Virus record (IMG/VR): IMGVR_UViG_3300035181_002344
DNA from: a virus
DNA length: 64,000 bases
Strand: one strand, 5' to 3'
Below, one piece after another: positions 25,307 to 36,309 of this stretch. The position numbers and the translations under genes were made by a program. Each line of letters starts with the position of its first letter. The stretch's first letter is position 1. The notes under the pieces were generated by a model, which worked only from the letters and a program-made list of their open reading frames with translations, ran no database searches and had not been told where the DNA came from.

Positions 25307-25872
25307 CACCAAATCCTGACTCGAGTATACCAGGTGGATGGAACGGTAATATTTCCATTAACCCAAGAAAAAACGAATCTTTTCACAGATCGTCTATGGA
25401 TGTAACCGAAGATCAAATGAAAGAAGTTTATCGTTTATTGTATCCTTTTATTGCTTCAGAGTTTGTTCATAGATCTGATTTAGCCGCATATACTATGCAA
25501 ATAAAGAAAGAGTTTGATTTAGAATTAAAGCGTGTTAATGCGATTATAGATCAATTATTACAAATAATTCAAAATCATACACATATTAGTGCACCTCCTG
25601 GCTCTCCTACATCGCCTATATTTGTACTTTTACCATCATTAGAAATTTCTTCATGGTCCTCATTATCTGAGGACCCTGAGTTTAAACATGGAGAAAATCA
25701 TATTTTACCAAAAGATAAATATTTACCCGCTTTAAGACGTAGAGATGATAAAACTCCTGATAATGTTACAAATGCTGATCCAGCAAATAATATTATTTCT
25801 CAATTATCTGGAACAATATTGACTCCATTTGATGCTGGAAAAGATGTTGAGAGGTTTGTTGATGGCAAATAA
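25303..25872 (+). CDS. hypothetical structural protein with spike-like HxH motif
   Basis: coiled coil followed by NHTHISAPPGSPTSP. Confidence 0.4.
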   Translation: MTPNPDSSIPGGWNGNISINPRKNESFHRSSMDVTEDQMKEVYRLLYPFIASEFVHRSDLAAYTMQIKKEFDLELKRVNAIIDQLLQIIQNHTHISAPPGSPTSPIFVLLPSLEISSWSSLSEDPEFKHGENHILPKDKYLPALRRRDDKTPDNVTNADPANNIISQLSGTILTPFDAGKDVERFVDGK

Positions 25873-27712
25873 AATTGATAAATTATTTTATAAGCCAGAG
25901 CCAATAAGGGACGAGCCTAAAGTTGAGGTTGCATATCCTGATGTGGCTTCACAAATTTCCTCGCTTGACATAGAAGATAAAGCCAAATTTGTCAATGAAT
26001 TAAAATTATTGGCTTCTGGTTGGGATTTAGTTGCCTACGAATATGGAATGTTCGTTGATGTAATTAAAAAACGAGCAAAAGCTATTGATTATTTATATAC
26101 ACCCGAACCTACAATAGAATTAGCTAACGCTATTAAAACTCTCTACAATAAAGATATTAAAGAGTTTACTTACGATGATTATATTGATTTAGTAACATAC
26201 GAGCATGAAATCTATTCTGTTTTTGGACAAAAAGCATATAATGGCGAACAGGTTACAGCACCTACCAAAGAGATTGGAGCTATTAGTGTACTAAAAACAG
26301 GATTTCATAATGATTTTAATAATAAAGAACTTGAATGGTTAAGTCTTCCAGATACATATATAGATAACCAATACACTGCGGGATCAGGTAAGGCGGCTAT
26401 CCATGAATTATTAACATCTCAAGATGGACAAAAATTCGAAGAGGGATTTCAAGATTCTAAGCTTTATCAAAAGCTAAAGCCTTTTTTAGATGAATGTATT
26501 CCATGTGCGGAAAGAACATTATATTCTCTTGAAGATTTTAAGCGTAATATGAGTCTTAATCGATTCTTGACATTTATGTATCAATCGATGTTAGCAAATC
26601 TTCAACAATTAGCAAAGCAAAAACTGTTTTTATATGATAATATACTTGGCTCTTATATGTGCCAAATTATTAATGTATTTAAGAATAGAGTTTGTCTTCC
26701 CGACTTGGGTGCTTTAACTGCTGTTATTACATATATGATAATGCAAATAAAAAACGCAATATCTAAACTTGGTTTAACTACTGGTGGTTTATTGGTAGGT
26801 ATCGCTACAGCAATAGTGCATCCAATAATAGATGCTATTGAGACAGTTTTATTAAAGATTTTATCTGCTGCATTTTCCCCAGTAGATTGTATTCTTACAT
26901 CATTAAATGTCGAACTACAAAAGATATATCCAGCTATTGATTTTGCGGCTGGTAAAAAAGAATATTGGAGATTAAATACTGAAGGTGCCAGTGCTATTTT
27001 TAGTGATTTATTTACTAAAATACGTCAAGCCCGTGCAGCATTAGAGAATGAAATTTATTCATATATTGATGAATTAGAGCAATCTTGGGAGAAAAAACTT
27101 TCATCAGAAAATGAGACTTTAGATTTATATTCAGAGCTGGATAGATATAGAGTAATTCTTAGCATCATAAAAAATATAATTGATATAGCTAAAATGAAAG
27201 CTTTGAAGAATCGTTTTGATTCTAATGCTTTTTACAAAGAAATATGCTCTAATGCCGTTCAGAAAGTTAAGCCATGGATTCAATCGACTCCAATAGTTAA
27301 TGGTCTTCCGAATGTTTATGTGCGTAATCAAAATCCAGGCGACACTATTGGCGATATTACTGACGGACTTATTTTTACCGATCCAACTCTTCCAACGAAT
27401 TTTTTTGATGGTCCTGACATTATAGATTATTTAGACAATCCATTAGTACAGGATGCTATAGATAAAAATCCTTACGATGACGATATTGAAGAAGGTCCAC
27501 ATCCATTTGCTCTGGATCCCACTTTTTTAGACGCATATAAAAATAAACGTGATTCCGCTAAGATACAAATGGAAAAAGCTATACAATCTCAAAAGTTTTC
27601 TAAAACACAATTTGCTTCTTACCCTGTAGGATCCATTGATTTTTCTGCATGTTTATCTGAAGATATTTCGGACGAAAAATTACACGAATGGATCAATAAA
27701 ATTAAAGGTTAA
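25829..27712 (+). CDS. hypothetical protein upstream of the portal
   Basis: ORF track; likely start at MANKID; helical, several Cys. Confidence 0.6.
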   Translation: MMLEKMLRGLLMANKIDKLFYKPEPIRDEPKVEVAYPDVASQISSLDIEDKAKFVNELKLLASGWDLVAYEYGMFVDVIKKRAKAIDYLYTPEPTIELANAIKTLYNKDIKEFTYDDYIDLVTYEHEIYSVFGQKAYNGEQVTAPTKEIGAISVLKTGFHNDFNNKELEWLSLPDTYIDNQYTAGSGKAAIHELLTSQDGQKFEEGFQDSKLYQKLKPFLDECIPCAERTLYSLEDFKRNMSLNRFLTFMYQSMLANLQQLAKQKLFLYDNILGSYMCQIINVFKNRVCLPDLGALTAVITYMIMQIKNAISKLGLTTGGLLVGIATAIVHPIIDAIETVLLKILSAAFSPVDCILTSLNVELQKIYPAIDFAAGKKEYWRLNTEGASAIFSDLFTKIRQARAALENEIYSYIDELEQSWEKKLSSENETLDLYSELDRYRVILSIIKNIIDIAKMKALKNRFDSNAFYKEICSNAVQKVKPWIQSTPIVNGLPNVYVRNQNPGDTIGDITDGLIFTDPTLPTNFFDGPDIIDYLDNPLVQDAIDKNPYDDDIEEGPHPFALDPTFLDAYKNKRDSAKIQMEKAIQSQKFSKTQFASYPVGSIDFSACLSEDISDEKLHEWINKIKG

Positions 27713-27714
27713 GT

Positions 27715-29421
27715 ATGAATACAGAAATCACAGTAGAAACTCTAGCTATTAAAGACGCATATGTATATAAAGGCAAAAAAAGTGCTAAGGGGATCAATCT
27801 TCCCCAAGTTCTTACATATATGCGTACAGAAAAGCAAAGTTTTCGCATAAACTTTTATACATGGAATGGCTATCAGCTTCCTGAGTATAATTTATATGAA
27901 ATCAGTGCCGCTGAAGATGGCGATGGTATTATCAAGCAGGCAATTAAGAAAAAATCTGCGCTAATGTTTAAAGAAGGCTGGGATTTGTCTGGAAAAAATC
28001 CACGTACTGTTGATTATTTACAAAAACGATTTCGTATGATAGAAGTTGTTCAGCGTAAAACGATGGATCAATTCTTTGGAGAAATTGGTGATGATCTAGT
28101 TAGATTTAATAATGCTTTTATTTTAAAAGTGCGTGGTTCTTTTGATAGACAAAAAGGCGTTCGTCCAATAATTGGTTATATACGCTTAGCTCCAGAAACT
28201 ATCCGAATAAAAACCGACCAATATGGTAATGTTTCTGATTATTTACAAGAAATGCCCGACGGTCGTATACAAGAATTCCAAGCCAAGGATGTTATTCACT
28301 TCTATCATCATAGAAGAGCTGGTTTTAATTTTGCCAGTCCGACACTTCTACCTGCAATAGACGATGTTAGATCATTGCGTCAATTAGAAGAATATGTAGA
28401 GCTTTTAACCGAGCAATATCTATTCCCTATTTTTACTCTTTCCATTGGTACTGATACATGGCCTGCCGATGTATACGAAGATGGTACAACAGAAGTTGAT
28501 GTATGGGCAAATAAAATTAATCAAATGCAGATTAATAGTGGTCTTGTATTAAGCCATAGACATAAATTGGAAATACATGGATTTGAGAAAATCCTGCCCA
28601 TAGAAGAATATCTTAACTATTTTAAAAATAGAGTATATGTCTCGGCTGGTGTCTCTTCTGTAGATTTAGGAGAAACGGGTACAGCTAATCGTTCAACAGC
28701 AGATTCCGTTACAAAACAGCTGATTGATGATGTCAAGGATTATCAGAGAAGTCTTAAGAATCAAATTGAGATTGAGATCATCAATGAACTTCTATTAGAA
28801 GAATTTGATTTGCGTGTTCTAGAACCTGATAATATGGTTTATTTTGAATTTGATGAAATAGATTCTGATGCGATGATTAAAAAAGAGAACCACAATGCGC
28901 TTATGTATTCTATGTATGCTATTACAGAAGACGAAATGCGTAAACGTAATCGTATGAGTGCTATATTAGATAGCGATCGTAGTAAAATGTATAATGAACG
29001 AGTTTTATATCCGCGACTTGAAAAAGAAGCTGAAATTGCTTCGACAAAAGCTTCTTCAAAACAAAACAATACATCCCAAAATATAGCAAAATCAAAACAG
29101 CAACCCAGCAATCAGCATGGGCAAGCACTCGGTCCTACAAAGCGCAAATCCTCATTAAAAGATGCAGAATTAAAGCGTTTAGAAGTTATTTTAAGCGATT
29201 TTAACTTCTATGATCCTGATTTTGAGAAGTCAAGACTAACTTTATGGCTTTTTAATCTTGATTTCTTCACTACACAGCACGTAATTAACACCGCAAAATT
29301 AAATGACTTAGAAGAATTTGTAGTATCTGCGTGCGACACGGTTAGTAAAGCTCCAGAAGCTGCTGACCAAATGAAAAAAGCCTTGATGGAAAATATATTA
29401 AAAATGTTCGAGGAGAATTAA
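27715..29421 (+). CDS. portal protein
   Basis: DLVRFNNAF, RLAPETIRI, DVIHF, GVSSVDLG...NRSTA, ITEDEMR; lies before the protease and MCP. Confidence 0.85.
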   Translation: MNTEITVETLAIKDAYVYKGKKSAKGINLPQVLTYMRTEKQSFRINFYTWNGYQLPEYNLYEISAAEDGDGIIKQAIKKKSALMFKEGWDLSGKNPRTVDYLQKRFRMIEVVQRKTMDQFFGEIGDDLVRFNNAFILKVRGSFDRQKGVRPIIGYIRLAPETIRIKTDQYGNVSDYLQEMPDGRIQEFQAKDVIHFYHHRRAGFNFASPTLLPAIDDVRSLRQLEEYVELLTEQYLFPIFTLSIGTDTWPADVYEDGTTEVDVWANKINQMQINSGLVLSHRHKLEIHGFEKILPIEEYLNYFKNRVYVSAGVSSVDLGETGTANRSTADSVTKQLIDDVKDYQRSLKNQIEIEIINELLLEEFDLRVLEPDNMVYFEFDEIDSDAMIKKENHNALMYSMYAITEDEMRKRNRMSAILDSDRSKMYNERVLYPRLEKEAEIASTKASSKQNNTSQNIAKSKQQPSNQHGQALGPTKRKSSLKDAELKRLEVILSDFNFYDPDFEKSRLTLWLFNLDFFTTQHVINTAKLNDLEEFVVSACDTVSKAPEAADQMKKALMENILKMFEEN

Positions 29422-29422
29422 C

Positions 29423-31360
29423 GTGTCTGATTTAATTAAATTCAAAGACCATGTCTCAATACGTCCCCTATATGCTCCGGCCGATAAAAAAACTCAATAT
29501 ATTGATTCGGTCTTAAAAAGTATTGATGAACAAAAGGCAAATAATGTTGCGCCAGAAGATATTAATGGTCTTCAAGTGAGAATAACAGCATCGCACGCTG
29601 GAAGACTAACTGGACATTATCATCTTTATCTTCCTGGAAAAGTTAAAGCTGGTACAGATACATTTGTTAAGCCTTATAAAAAACCAATTTTAACCCATCA
29701 CGACACAATGGCAGATCCAATTGGTCGTGTACAATCAAGCGTATATCAATCAACACCCAATCCATTCATTCCTGCTTCAGTTGCGAATGAGCTAGAAAAT
29801 CCTAACGCCGTTTTAAATAAAGCCTATTTTAAAAATATCGATAAAATTAAGTCGTTTTTATATGACAAGCTTTTTCCTGGTCTAGGATATATTTCTTTAG
29901 TTGGCAATGTGACTGATGAAAATGCTATTCCAAAAGTATTAGATGGCAGATATAATACTGTATCTGTTGGCTACAGTACTGACCAGTTATTTTGTTCGAT
30001 ATGTCACCAAGATTGGCTTGCTGATGGTCCATGTGACCACACCCCAGGTAAGGTCTATAAAAAGGATCGGATGTTCTGGATTTTTGGTAATATGAACTAC
30101 GATGAAGTTTCATATGTCAATGAACCAGCCGATGAATTAGCCGCAAATCAAGAAATAAGACGAATTGTAATTCCCGTCCAAAAAGATTTCATGAGATCAA
30201 AAGGAGAGGATCGCAAAAATAAACTTGCCAATTTTATTGCTCATTCAAATCAATTAATTGACGACGTCCTTTTAGTACCCAATACCAATTCAGACTTCTA
30301 TTATTTTGATTCAAAATCTCATGATTTAATAAAAATATCTGAAACTAATGAAGGTGATACAATGACAATCAAAGACTTAAGAGATTTGTCACCAGTGGAT
30401 CTTCATGCTAAGCTTAAAGAGTTAATTGACGAAAAAGATAGAATATCAGACGAAGATTACGAAAAACTTAGCGATGAAGCATTTGTAGGCGATAGATTTC
30501 TGCCAGCCCATAATAAGGCTTATATTGATGCTTCTAAAAAGCTTTTAGAAGGCGTCGAAGATAGCGAAGACAAGACAGAATTAATTACATATCTTGATAC
30601 TCGCCTTGAAATTTTTAAAGATAAACCATCTGACGATACCAATCAGCAATCTACGGATGGCGATAATTCAAAAACATCAGTTGTTTTTGAATACAAAGAT
30701 AATAAAGTTATTGGTCCAGTAGCTGATGCTATTGACGAAACAACCAAAAATGCTTTTATTGATTATCTTGGTATTTCAATTCCAACGCTTGAGAAAATGA
30801 TTGATGAAATAATTGAAAAAAATGATACAGCTCAAGCTGATGCTATTTTTGAAAAACTTAAAGCCAAATTTACTTTTGATGACGTTGCTAAAAAAGAGCT
30901 GGACCAAATACAGCTTCGTTTTGACACATTAAGCAAAGAATATAAATTGGCTGTTGACACATTAAAAAATCAAGAAAATATCATTGAATCATTAAATAAT
31001 GAATTAAAAGATAATTATATTGATATGATTTTGGCTCTTAAAAAACGTCAAAATCCAGAAACAACACTAGATCAAGAACGTGATTTTTTAAAAAACAAAT
31101 CAGTTAAAGAACTTAAAGCTTCTTTAGAAATTTTACATACATTTTTCACCACAGATACAAATTCTGACGTGCCTGAAATAGAAGATCCTTCCTATAAGCA
31201 CGATGCGGCAAGCCCAGATATTGATATTAAAAAATTGGAACGTGAAATCCAATCTACATATCAAGCTTTGCGTTCGTCTCATGGTGATGCTATTGCACAA
31301 AACTACCTCGATGCGCAAACTAAAAAACTCAAGAAGTTAAAAAAAACAACTAAACAATAA
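29423..31360 (+). CDS. prohead protease with C-terminal scaffold
   Basis: PILTHHD...PIGRV, VSVG, CSIC..CDH zinc motif, EVSYVNEPAD; acidic coiled-coil C-terminus. Confidence 0.8.
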   Translation: MSDLIKFKDHVSIRPLYAPADKKTQYIDSVLKSIDEQKANNVAPEDINGLQVRITASHAGRLTGHYHLYLPGKVKAGTDTFVKPYKKPILTHHDTMADPIGRVQSSVYQSTPNPFIPASVANELENPNAVLNKAYFKNIDKIKSFLYDKLFPGLGYISLVGNVTDENAIPKVLDGRYNTVSVGYSTDQLFCSICHQDWLADGPCDHTPGKVYKKDRMFWIFGNMNYDEVSYVNEPADELAANQEIRRIVIPVQKDFMRSKGEDRKNKLANFIAHSNQLIDDVLLVPNTNSDFYYFDSKSHDLIKISETNEGDTMTIKDLRDLSPVDLHAKLKELIDEKDRISDEDYEKLSDEAFVGDRFLPAHNKAYIDASKKLLEGVEDSEDKTELITYLDTRLEIFKDKPSDDTNQQSTDGDNSKTSVVFEYKDNKVIGPVADAIDETTKNAFIDYLGISIPTLEKMIDEIIEKNDTAQADAIFEKLKAKFTFDDVAKKELDQIQLRFDTLSKEYKLAVDTLKNQENIIESLNNELKDNYIDMILALKKRQNPETTLDQERDFLKNKSVKELKASLEILHTFFTTDTNSDVPEIEDPSYKHDAASPDIDIKKLEREIQSTYQALRSSHGDAIAQNYLDAQTKKLKKLKKTTKQ

Positions 31361-31384
31361 TAAAAAACGTAAGGAGTCCGAACA

Positions 31385-32362
31385 ATGAACAACTTTCTCG
31401 GATTTGATAGAGACTTTACTCCATCTACCCCGAATTTTGAAGTTTCGGAAGGTGTACGTCCTGCGCAACATTATGCTGTTGCAGACTACTTACCTTTAAA
31501 AAGATTTGACAAAAGAAATCTTGAATATAAGGTAATTAGTAAAGGAAAAGTACTTTCCGTTGATAGTAATAACTTCATCGTTCCGGCAGGATTGGCAATT
31601 GATATCGAAACAGCTATTGGCCTTGGCAATGATGCTTGGAAAGCAGCTAATTTAGCAGCTTACAAAAATGTTTATTCAAGCGTTGATGTAGCTGAAGGTG
31701 TCAAAAATTTTGCCGGTCAGCCAGTTACTGCTGGTGAACCAGTAATTAAATCATTTTTCTCAGGTGCCACTGATTCAGCATTAGGTACACAAATCAATTT
31801 TGTATTATCTCCTGTTGGCTTAGCTCAATATGATGCATTTCGTCAAAATGGAGCTGGTTATGGCCCAGGTTATAGTGCAGGCAGTTTATCTGATACTCGT
31901 TATCAGAACTTTTCTCTTCAACAAGGTATCGCTATTCTTACTCGTTATTTCATTGAATTACCAGTTGTAAACGATTCTTCTTCTGTATTATTCCCAGGAT
32001 TAGCAGTTTATGTTGGTACACCAAAAGTTGGTAATTTGGTAACTTTTGATGCCGATTCTAACTTTATAACTGTTCCAACTTTGTCTCCTGTTAATACTGC
32101 TACTGCTGAAGATATTAACAATGTTATTAATTATTTCAGCAAATTACATGGTCGTGTTCTTGGCAAAATTCTTTTTGTTGACGATAAATGGCCAAAAGAT
32201 TATTTGGAATATGTTAAGACATGGAATCCAAAGACAACTACTAGTTCAGGCATCAATGTACCTCCTGGAAATGCCACTCAAGGGCTACCAGATATGTTAA
32301 CATTTGCCGGTGTAACTAACCCTGCTAATGCAAAATTAGTAAGAATCAACGTAATCATCTAA
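31385..32362 (+). CDS. head structural/decoration protein
   Basis: between the protease and MCP; strong RBS. Confidence 0.55.
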   Translation: MNNFLGFDRDFTPSTPNFEVSEGVRPAQHYAVADYLPLKRFDKRNLEYKVISKGKVLSVDSNNFIVPAGLAIDIETAIGLGNDAWKAANLAAYKNVYSSVDVAEGVKNFAGQPVTAGEPVIKSFFSGATDSALGTQINFVLSPVGLAQYDAFRQNGAGYGPGYSAGSLSDTRYQNFSLQQGIAILTRYFIELPVVNDSSSVLFPGLAVYVGTPKVGNLVTFDADSNFITVPTLSPVNTATAEDINNVINYFSKLHGRVLGKILFVDDKWPKDYLEYVKTWNPKTTTSSGINVPPGNATQGLPDMLTFAGVTNPANAKLVRINVII

Positions 32363-32399
32363 TTCACATGAAAATGAATATTTCAAGGAGTAAATAATA

Positions 32400-33674
32400 A
32401 TGCCTCAAGTTAAATTCAACGATGCGAGCGAATTCGAGTTTCTATTTAGAAACAACGGACTCTTAGCAGTTGCTGGCGAGGACGGTGCTGATGACAAACA
32501 TTCTGTTGAGCATGTACCGATGTATGATGCGTTAGCTTATCCTGATGCGCCATATTTTATGCAAATAACTATAGAGAATATCGTTCGCGAAGCTGTCGAA
32601 CCAATCCTTGTTGGATCGAAGCTCTTAACAACTATTAATTATAAAAACGGTCAAATAATTAGTCTTCCATCTATGGGAGCTATGTATGCCGCAGACATCG
32701 ATGAAGGTTCAGAATATCCAGAAAAAGGGCTCAATTTTGGAGCTGGTGCTAGAATCGCTACAATTGGTAAAAGCGGTCTCGCATTCAAATTCACAGAAGA
32801 AATGAAAAGATATAGCCAATATGATGTTGTTGCTATGTACCTTCGTGAAGCTGGTCGTGCTTTAGCTCGTCACAAAGAGCAAAAAATCTTCTCAATGATG
32901 TCAAGAGTCGGCGTTACAACACATGACAACGTAAACCCATCTAATTCTATTTTCGGTGTAACAACCGGTCGTAACATGAGTGGTGCCCCAAATGGTGGTA
33001 TCGTTGCTGAAAACATTTTTGAAGCTTACGGTCAAGTATTAATGAATGGTTTCACTCCAGATTTAGTTGTTTGCCACCCATTATCATTCGTATTATTCGC
33101 TATGGATCCTGTTATGAGAGCTATGGCTTTACATACAGGTCAGGTAAATAATTGGCTTGCTGGTAGTCAACCAGGTTTATTAAATAAAGATCCATTTGCA
33201 AAAGGCGCATTAGGCGGACTTGGACCAAATGGTATCCCTGCTGGTACACATCCACTTTCTATATTAAATAACCCAACTCCTGTTAATCAATATGCTAATT
33301 TAACGGGCGGTTTACAATTGCCAAGTTATTTAGGATTGCCATTAACAGTGTTGGTTAGCCCATTTGTTCCTTTTGATCCCGTCACAAAACTCACAGATAT
33401 TTTTGTTGTTGATAGCAAAAATATTGGTGCTATTATTGTTGACGAACTTCCAACTTGGGAATCTGTTCCAGATAAACTTCGTGATATTGAAAAAATCAAA
33501 ATTCGCGAACGTTATTCAATTGCCCCAATGAACGAAGGTCGTGCTGTTGGCGTGATTAAAAATGTTAAAGTTGCTCCAAATGAATTGGTTACTCCTGCTA
33601 TGGCATTCTCACCTACTGTAAATGCTATTAGTAGAGGATCACAGTTGTTAAATTCTAATGGAACATTGCACTAA
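32400..33674 (+). CDS. major capsid protein (HK97 fold)
   Basis: AADIDEGSEYPE, KSGLAFKFTEEM, LARHKEQKI, PDLVVCHP, KIRERY; followed by a terminator. Confidence 0.88.
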   Translation: MPQVKFNDASEFEFLFRNNGLLAVAGEDGADDKHSVEHVPMYDALAYPDAPYFMQITIENIVREAVEPILVGSKLLTTINYKNGQIISLPSMGAMYAADIDEGSEYPEKGLNFGAGARIATIGKSGLAFKFTEEMKRYSQYDVVAMYLREAGRALARHKEQKIFSMMSRVGVTTHDNVNPSNSIFGVTTGRNMSGAPNGGIVAENIFEAYGQVLMNGFTPDLVVCHPLSFVLFAMDPVMRAMALHTGQVNNWLAGSQPGLLNKDPFAKGALGGLGPNGIPAGTHPLSILNNPTPVNQYANLTGGLQLPSYLGLPLTVLVSPFVPFDPVTKLTDIFVVDSKNIGAIIVDELPTWESVPDKLRDIEKIKIRERYSIAPMNEGRAVGVIKNVKVAPNELVTPAMAFSPTVNAISRGSQLLNSNGTLH

Positions 33675-33683
33675 TTAATATGT

Positions 33684-33712
33684 GCCCCGTTTGAAATATA
33701 ACGGGGCCTTTT
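33684..33712 (+). terminator. intrinsic terminator after the MCP gene
   Basis: GCCCCGTT/AACGGGGC hairpin plus T tract. Confidence 0.7.
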
Positions 33713-33731
33713 ATAACGATGGAGAAATTAA

Positions 33732-34385
33732 ATGGCAGAAATTACAATAAGTTTAGCTAGTATTAAATATCCAGGAATAGATGAACCTATAATGAACCCC
33801 TTCTGGTTTTCATCGGAGGACAATATACATCTATCCAGAGATACAAAACAATCGTTGGTTGTTGACACAGATAAATTAAAAGATCGAACTCTTTTTGAGA
33901 TTAGAAACGCAATGCGTTTAAGCTTGATTGATGTTGATAAAGCTGAAGAATTTGAAAAGCTTTTCATAACAGATACTGTTGACCAACAAGCTACACAAGA
34001 AAAACAAGAAACCCCACCATCTAATAATGTAGAAGTTAAAAAACCTAAATCTGCAATTTTAACTGATTCAGAAAAAGCAAAGAAATTGCTTTCTTTATCT
34101 GTTGCAAAAATAATTGAAAATATAGGTTCAGCAGAAATTATAGATGGTCATTTGCAATCTGGAATATCAGATTTCCAATATCTTAAAACACTCTTAACTG
34201 CAGAAACAAATGGCAAGAACCGCAAAAACATTGTCAATACTATTAAAGCACGTATGGATAGTGTAGCTCAAGTTAATGTTTTACAGAATAGTAATTCTCT
34301 CGAAGATTTTGAAGATGTTGATGAAGAAAAATTTGAAATTACAGAAGATGGTAAAATAAACCATTTGGCAGAGGAAAATAAATAA
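33732..34385 (+). CDS. hypothetical head-associated protein
   Basis: ORF track; ETNGKNRKNIV motif; position after the MCP. Confidence 0.6.
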   Translation: MAEITISLASIKYPGIDEPIMNPFWFSSEDNIHLSRDTKQSLVVDTDKLKDRTLFEIRNAMRLSLIDVDKAEEFEKLFITDTVDQQATQEKQETPPSNNVEVKKPKSAILTDSEKAKKLLSLSVAKIIENIGSAEIIDGHLQSGISDFQYLKTLLTAETNGKNRKNIVNTIKARMDSVAQVNVLQNSNSLEDFEDVDEEKFEITEDGKINHLAEENK

Positions 34386-35764
34386 TGCGCATAGTATCAA
34401 CAGATCCCGCTCAAAATGCAACAAATGTTAGTCAGTTAACATCGATAACTGTTGTATTTGATCTCGATATCAAACCGGACTCAGTTGATAAATCAAGCTT
34501 AGTTGTTTCTTTCGCTGATACAAAAATTCTTGTACCAAATCAAATTCAACCAAGTTCAGATACATATAAAACTGACGCTATATTTAAACAATCCGGAATG
34601 AACTCTTTTGTTGACGGAGATGTTTATATAGACAATGCTGATCATAAAAAATTAATATTTAAGCCAAAATTTAAACTTGACCCGAATACTAATTATACAG
34701 TCTACATTTCTCAAGGTATTGCTGGAACAGACTCCTCTATTCTCGGCGGAATTAAAAAATTTACCTTCAAAACTACAGAAGAAGATATAGCTGAGCCAAT
34801 TCCAGATGTTCCGCAATCAAATATAATCATTGGCAATAATGTTATAATCAATTCAAATCAAATTTCTACAATGCGTATTGCCAATACATTACCAAGAGAA
34901 AATTCAGTGATGGTTGGTAATCAAACGCTGATATTTACTTTTACAGAAAATATTAATGCCAGCAAATTTGATAAAAATAATAATATTTCTATTTATGTAG
35001 AAGAGATTCTAAGCGATTATCCTGCTTATAAAGCAGATGTCGCAATATACACTGCGACTGTATCGGACAAAACTTTAACAATTACATTTAATTCTTCGTT
35101 GGCAGAAGAATGTCAATATACTGTGGTTTTAGCAGATATTGAAAGTGAGAGTGGTGCAAAATTAGACTCTTATGAGTTTAATTTCTTAACACAAATGATC
35201 CCATATTATACTTCGATAGCCTCTATCCGCTTATTAGCAGGTTCGATTTTAGGTAAGATTTCTGATTTTGAAATAGCAAAGTTAATTTATTGGATAAGTC
35301 AAGAAGCCGATATTAAATTAAAAAAGCTAAAAATTATACCAGAGCCCGATTTTTCTCATATCCGTGCTAAATGGGTAATGTATTCTGTGCTTGAAAGAAT
35401 TTTATCACGCGATTTTGATGATCCTGCATTTGCAAATATTAAAAAACAACTCGGTGATTTTGTAATTCAAGTTGATTCATCGAATACAGTAAAATTGTTC
35501 AACAATTTAATGCAAGAAGTTAGAGACTTCAAACGTGCATTTGCTGATATGCTTAATTTCAGACTATCTACTGGAATAGCTGAATTAAGAGGTGCTAATC
35601 CATCTGACGAATCTATTCGTTTGTGGAAACGCGGAATACAACCCGGTCTAAATACTGTCGATACTAGAGCCCGTAAATTGATATGGGACGAAATTGCCAC
35701 TCCTCTAGCCTTTATTACTAGAAGCAGATATGAACTAATGGAATATGAAATAAATCAAAGTTAA
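34385..35764 (+). CDS. Ig-like (Big_5-type) domain virion protein, possible head-tail adaptor
   Basis: IVSTDPAQNATNV...ITVVF...LIFKP..KL.PNTNYTV...FTFKT, duplicated. Confidence 0.65.
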   Translation: MRIVSTDPAQNATNVSQLTSITVVFDLDIKPDSVDKSSLVVSFADTKILVPNQIQPSSDTYKTDAIFKQSGMNSFVDGDVYIDNADHKKLIFKPKFKLDPNTNYTVYISQGIAGTDSSILGGIKKFTFKTTEEDIAEPIPDVPQSNIIIGNNVIINSNQISTMRIANTLPRENSVMVGNQTLIFTFTENINASKFDKNNNISIYVEEILSDYPAYKADVAIYTATVSDKTLTITFNSSLAEECQYTVVLADIESESGAKLDSYEFNFLTQMIPYYTSIASIRLLAGSILGKISDFEIAKLIYWISQEADIKLKKLKIIPEPDFSHIRAKWVMYSVLERILSRDFDDPAFANIKKQLGDFVIQVDSSNTVKLFNNLMQEVRDFKRAFADMLNFRLSTGIAELRGANPSDESIRLWKRGIQPGLNTVDTRARKLIWDEIATPLAFITRSRYELMEYEINQS

Positions 35765-35769
35765 CATAA

Positions 35770-36309
35770 ATGAATTATGGTTTTGAAGATATTGTAGATG
35801 GCATGCCTTTGGCTGCTGATATAAGTATTAGAGACCTTGTCCACAATACTTTATATGGTACAGAAAAAGAAATGCCCCGTGGAAGATGGCTTGTTTGGCA
35901 AAAACTTAAAAGAGACTCAGAAGGACAAGCAATTAAAAGCCCATTTGTTTATAAAATAACCGAAGAAGGCAAATATAGAGACCGCGGATATGCTACAACA
36001 AGAACTGGTTATTTATGTGATGAATATTTAATCCGTGGATTTATAACTCCTCCCTCAACACGTTTAGCATTAGATGAAACACAGGCTCCAGTGGGCGTTA
36101 TGCCAAACAACAGAGTAATAATATGGACGTCTTATAAAGATGCTATTCATGCAAATGATATCATTATACTTCCTAAAATTGATACCGATGGAAATTTAAT
36201 TAATCCAGTAGCCATAGATATGGAATATATGATAACCATGGTTTATAATAAAACATTAGATAATGGTCGTCTTGAGTTTTTTCAAGCCGTCGGAGAAATA
36301 CAAAAATAA
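35770..36309 (+). CDS. putative head closure/neck protein
   Basis: position; C-terminal DNGRLEFF. Confidence 0.5.
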   Translation: MNYGFEDIVDGMPLAADISIRDLVHNTLYGTEKEMPRGRWLVWQKLKRDSEGQAIKSPFVYKITEEGKYRDRGYATTRTGYLCDEYLIRGFITPPSTRLALDETQAPVGVMPNNRVIIWTSYKDAIHANDIIILPKIDTDGNLINPVAIDMEYMITMVYNKTLDNGRLEFFQAVGEIQK

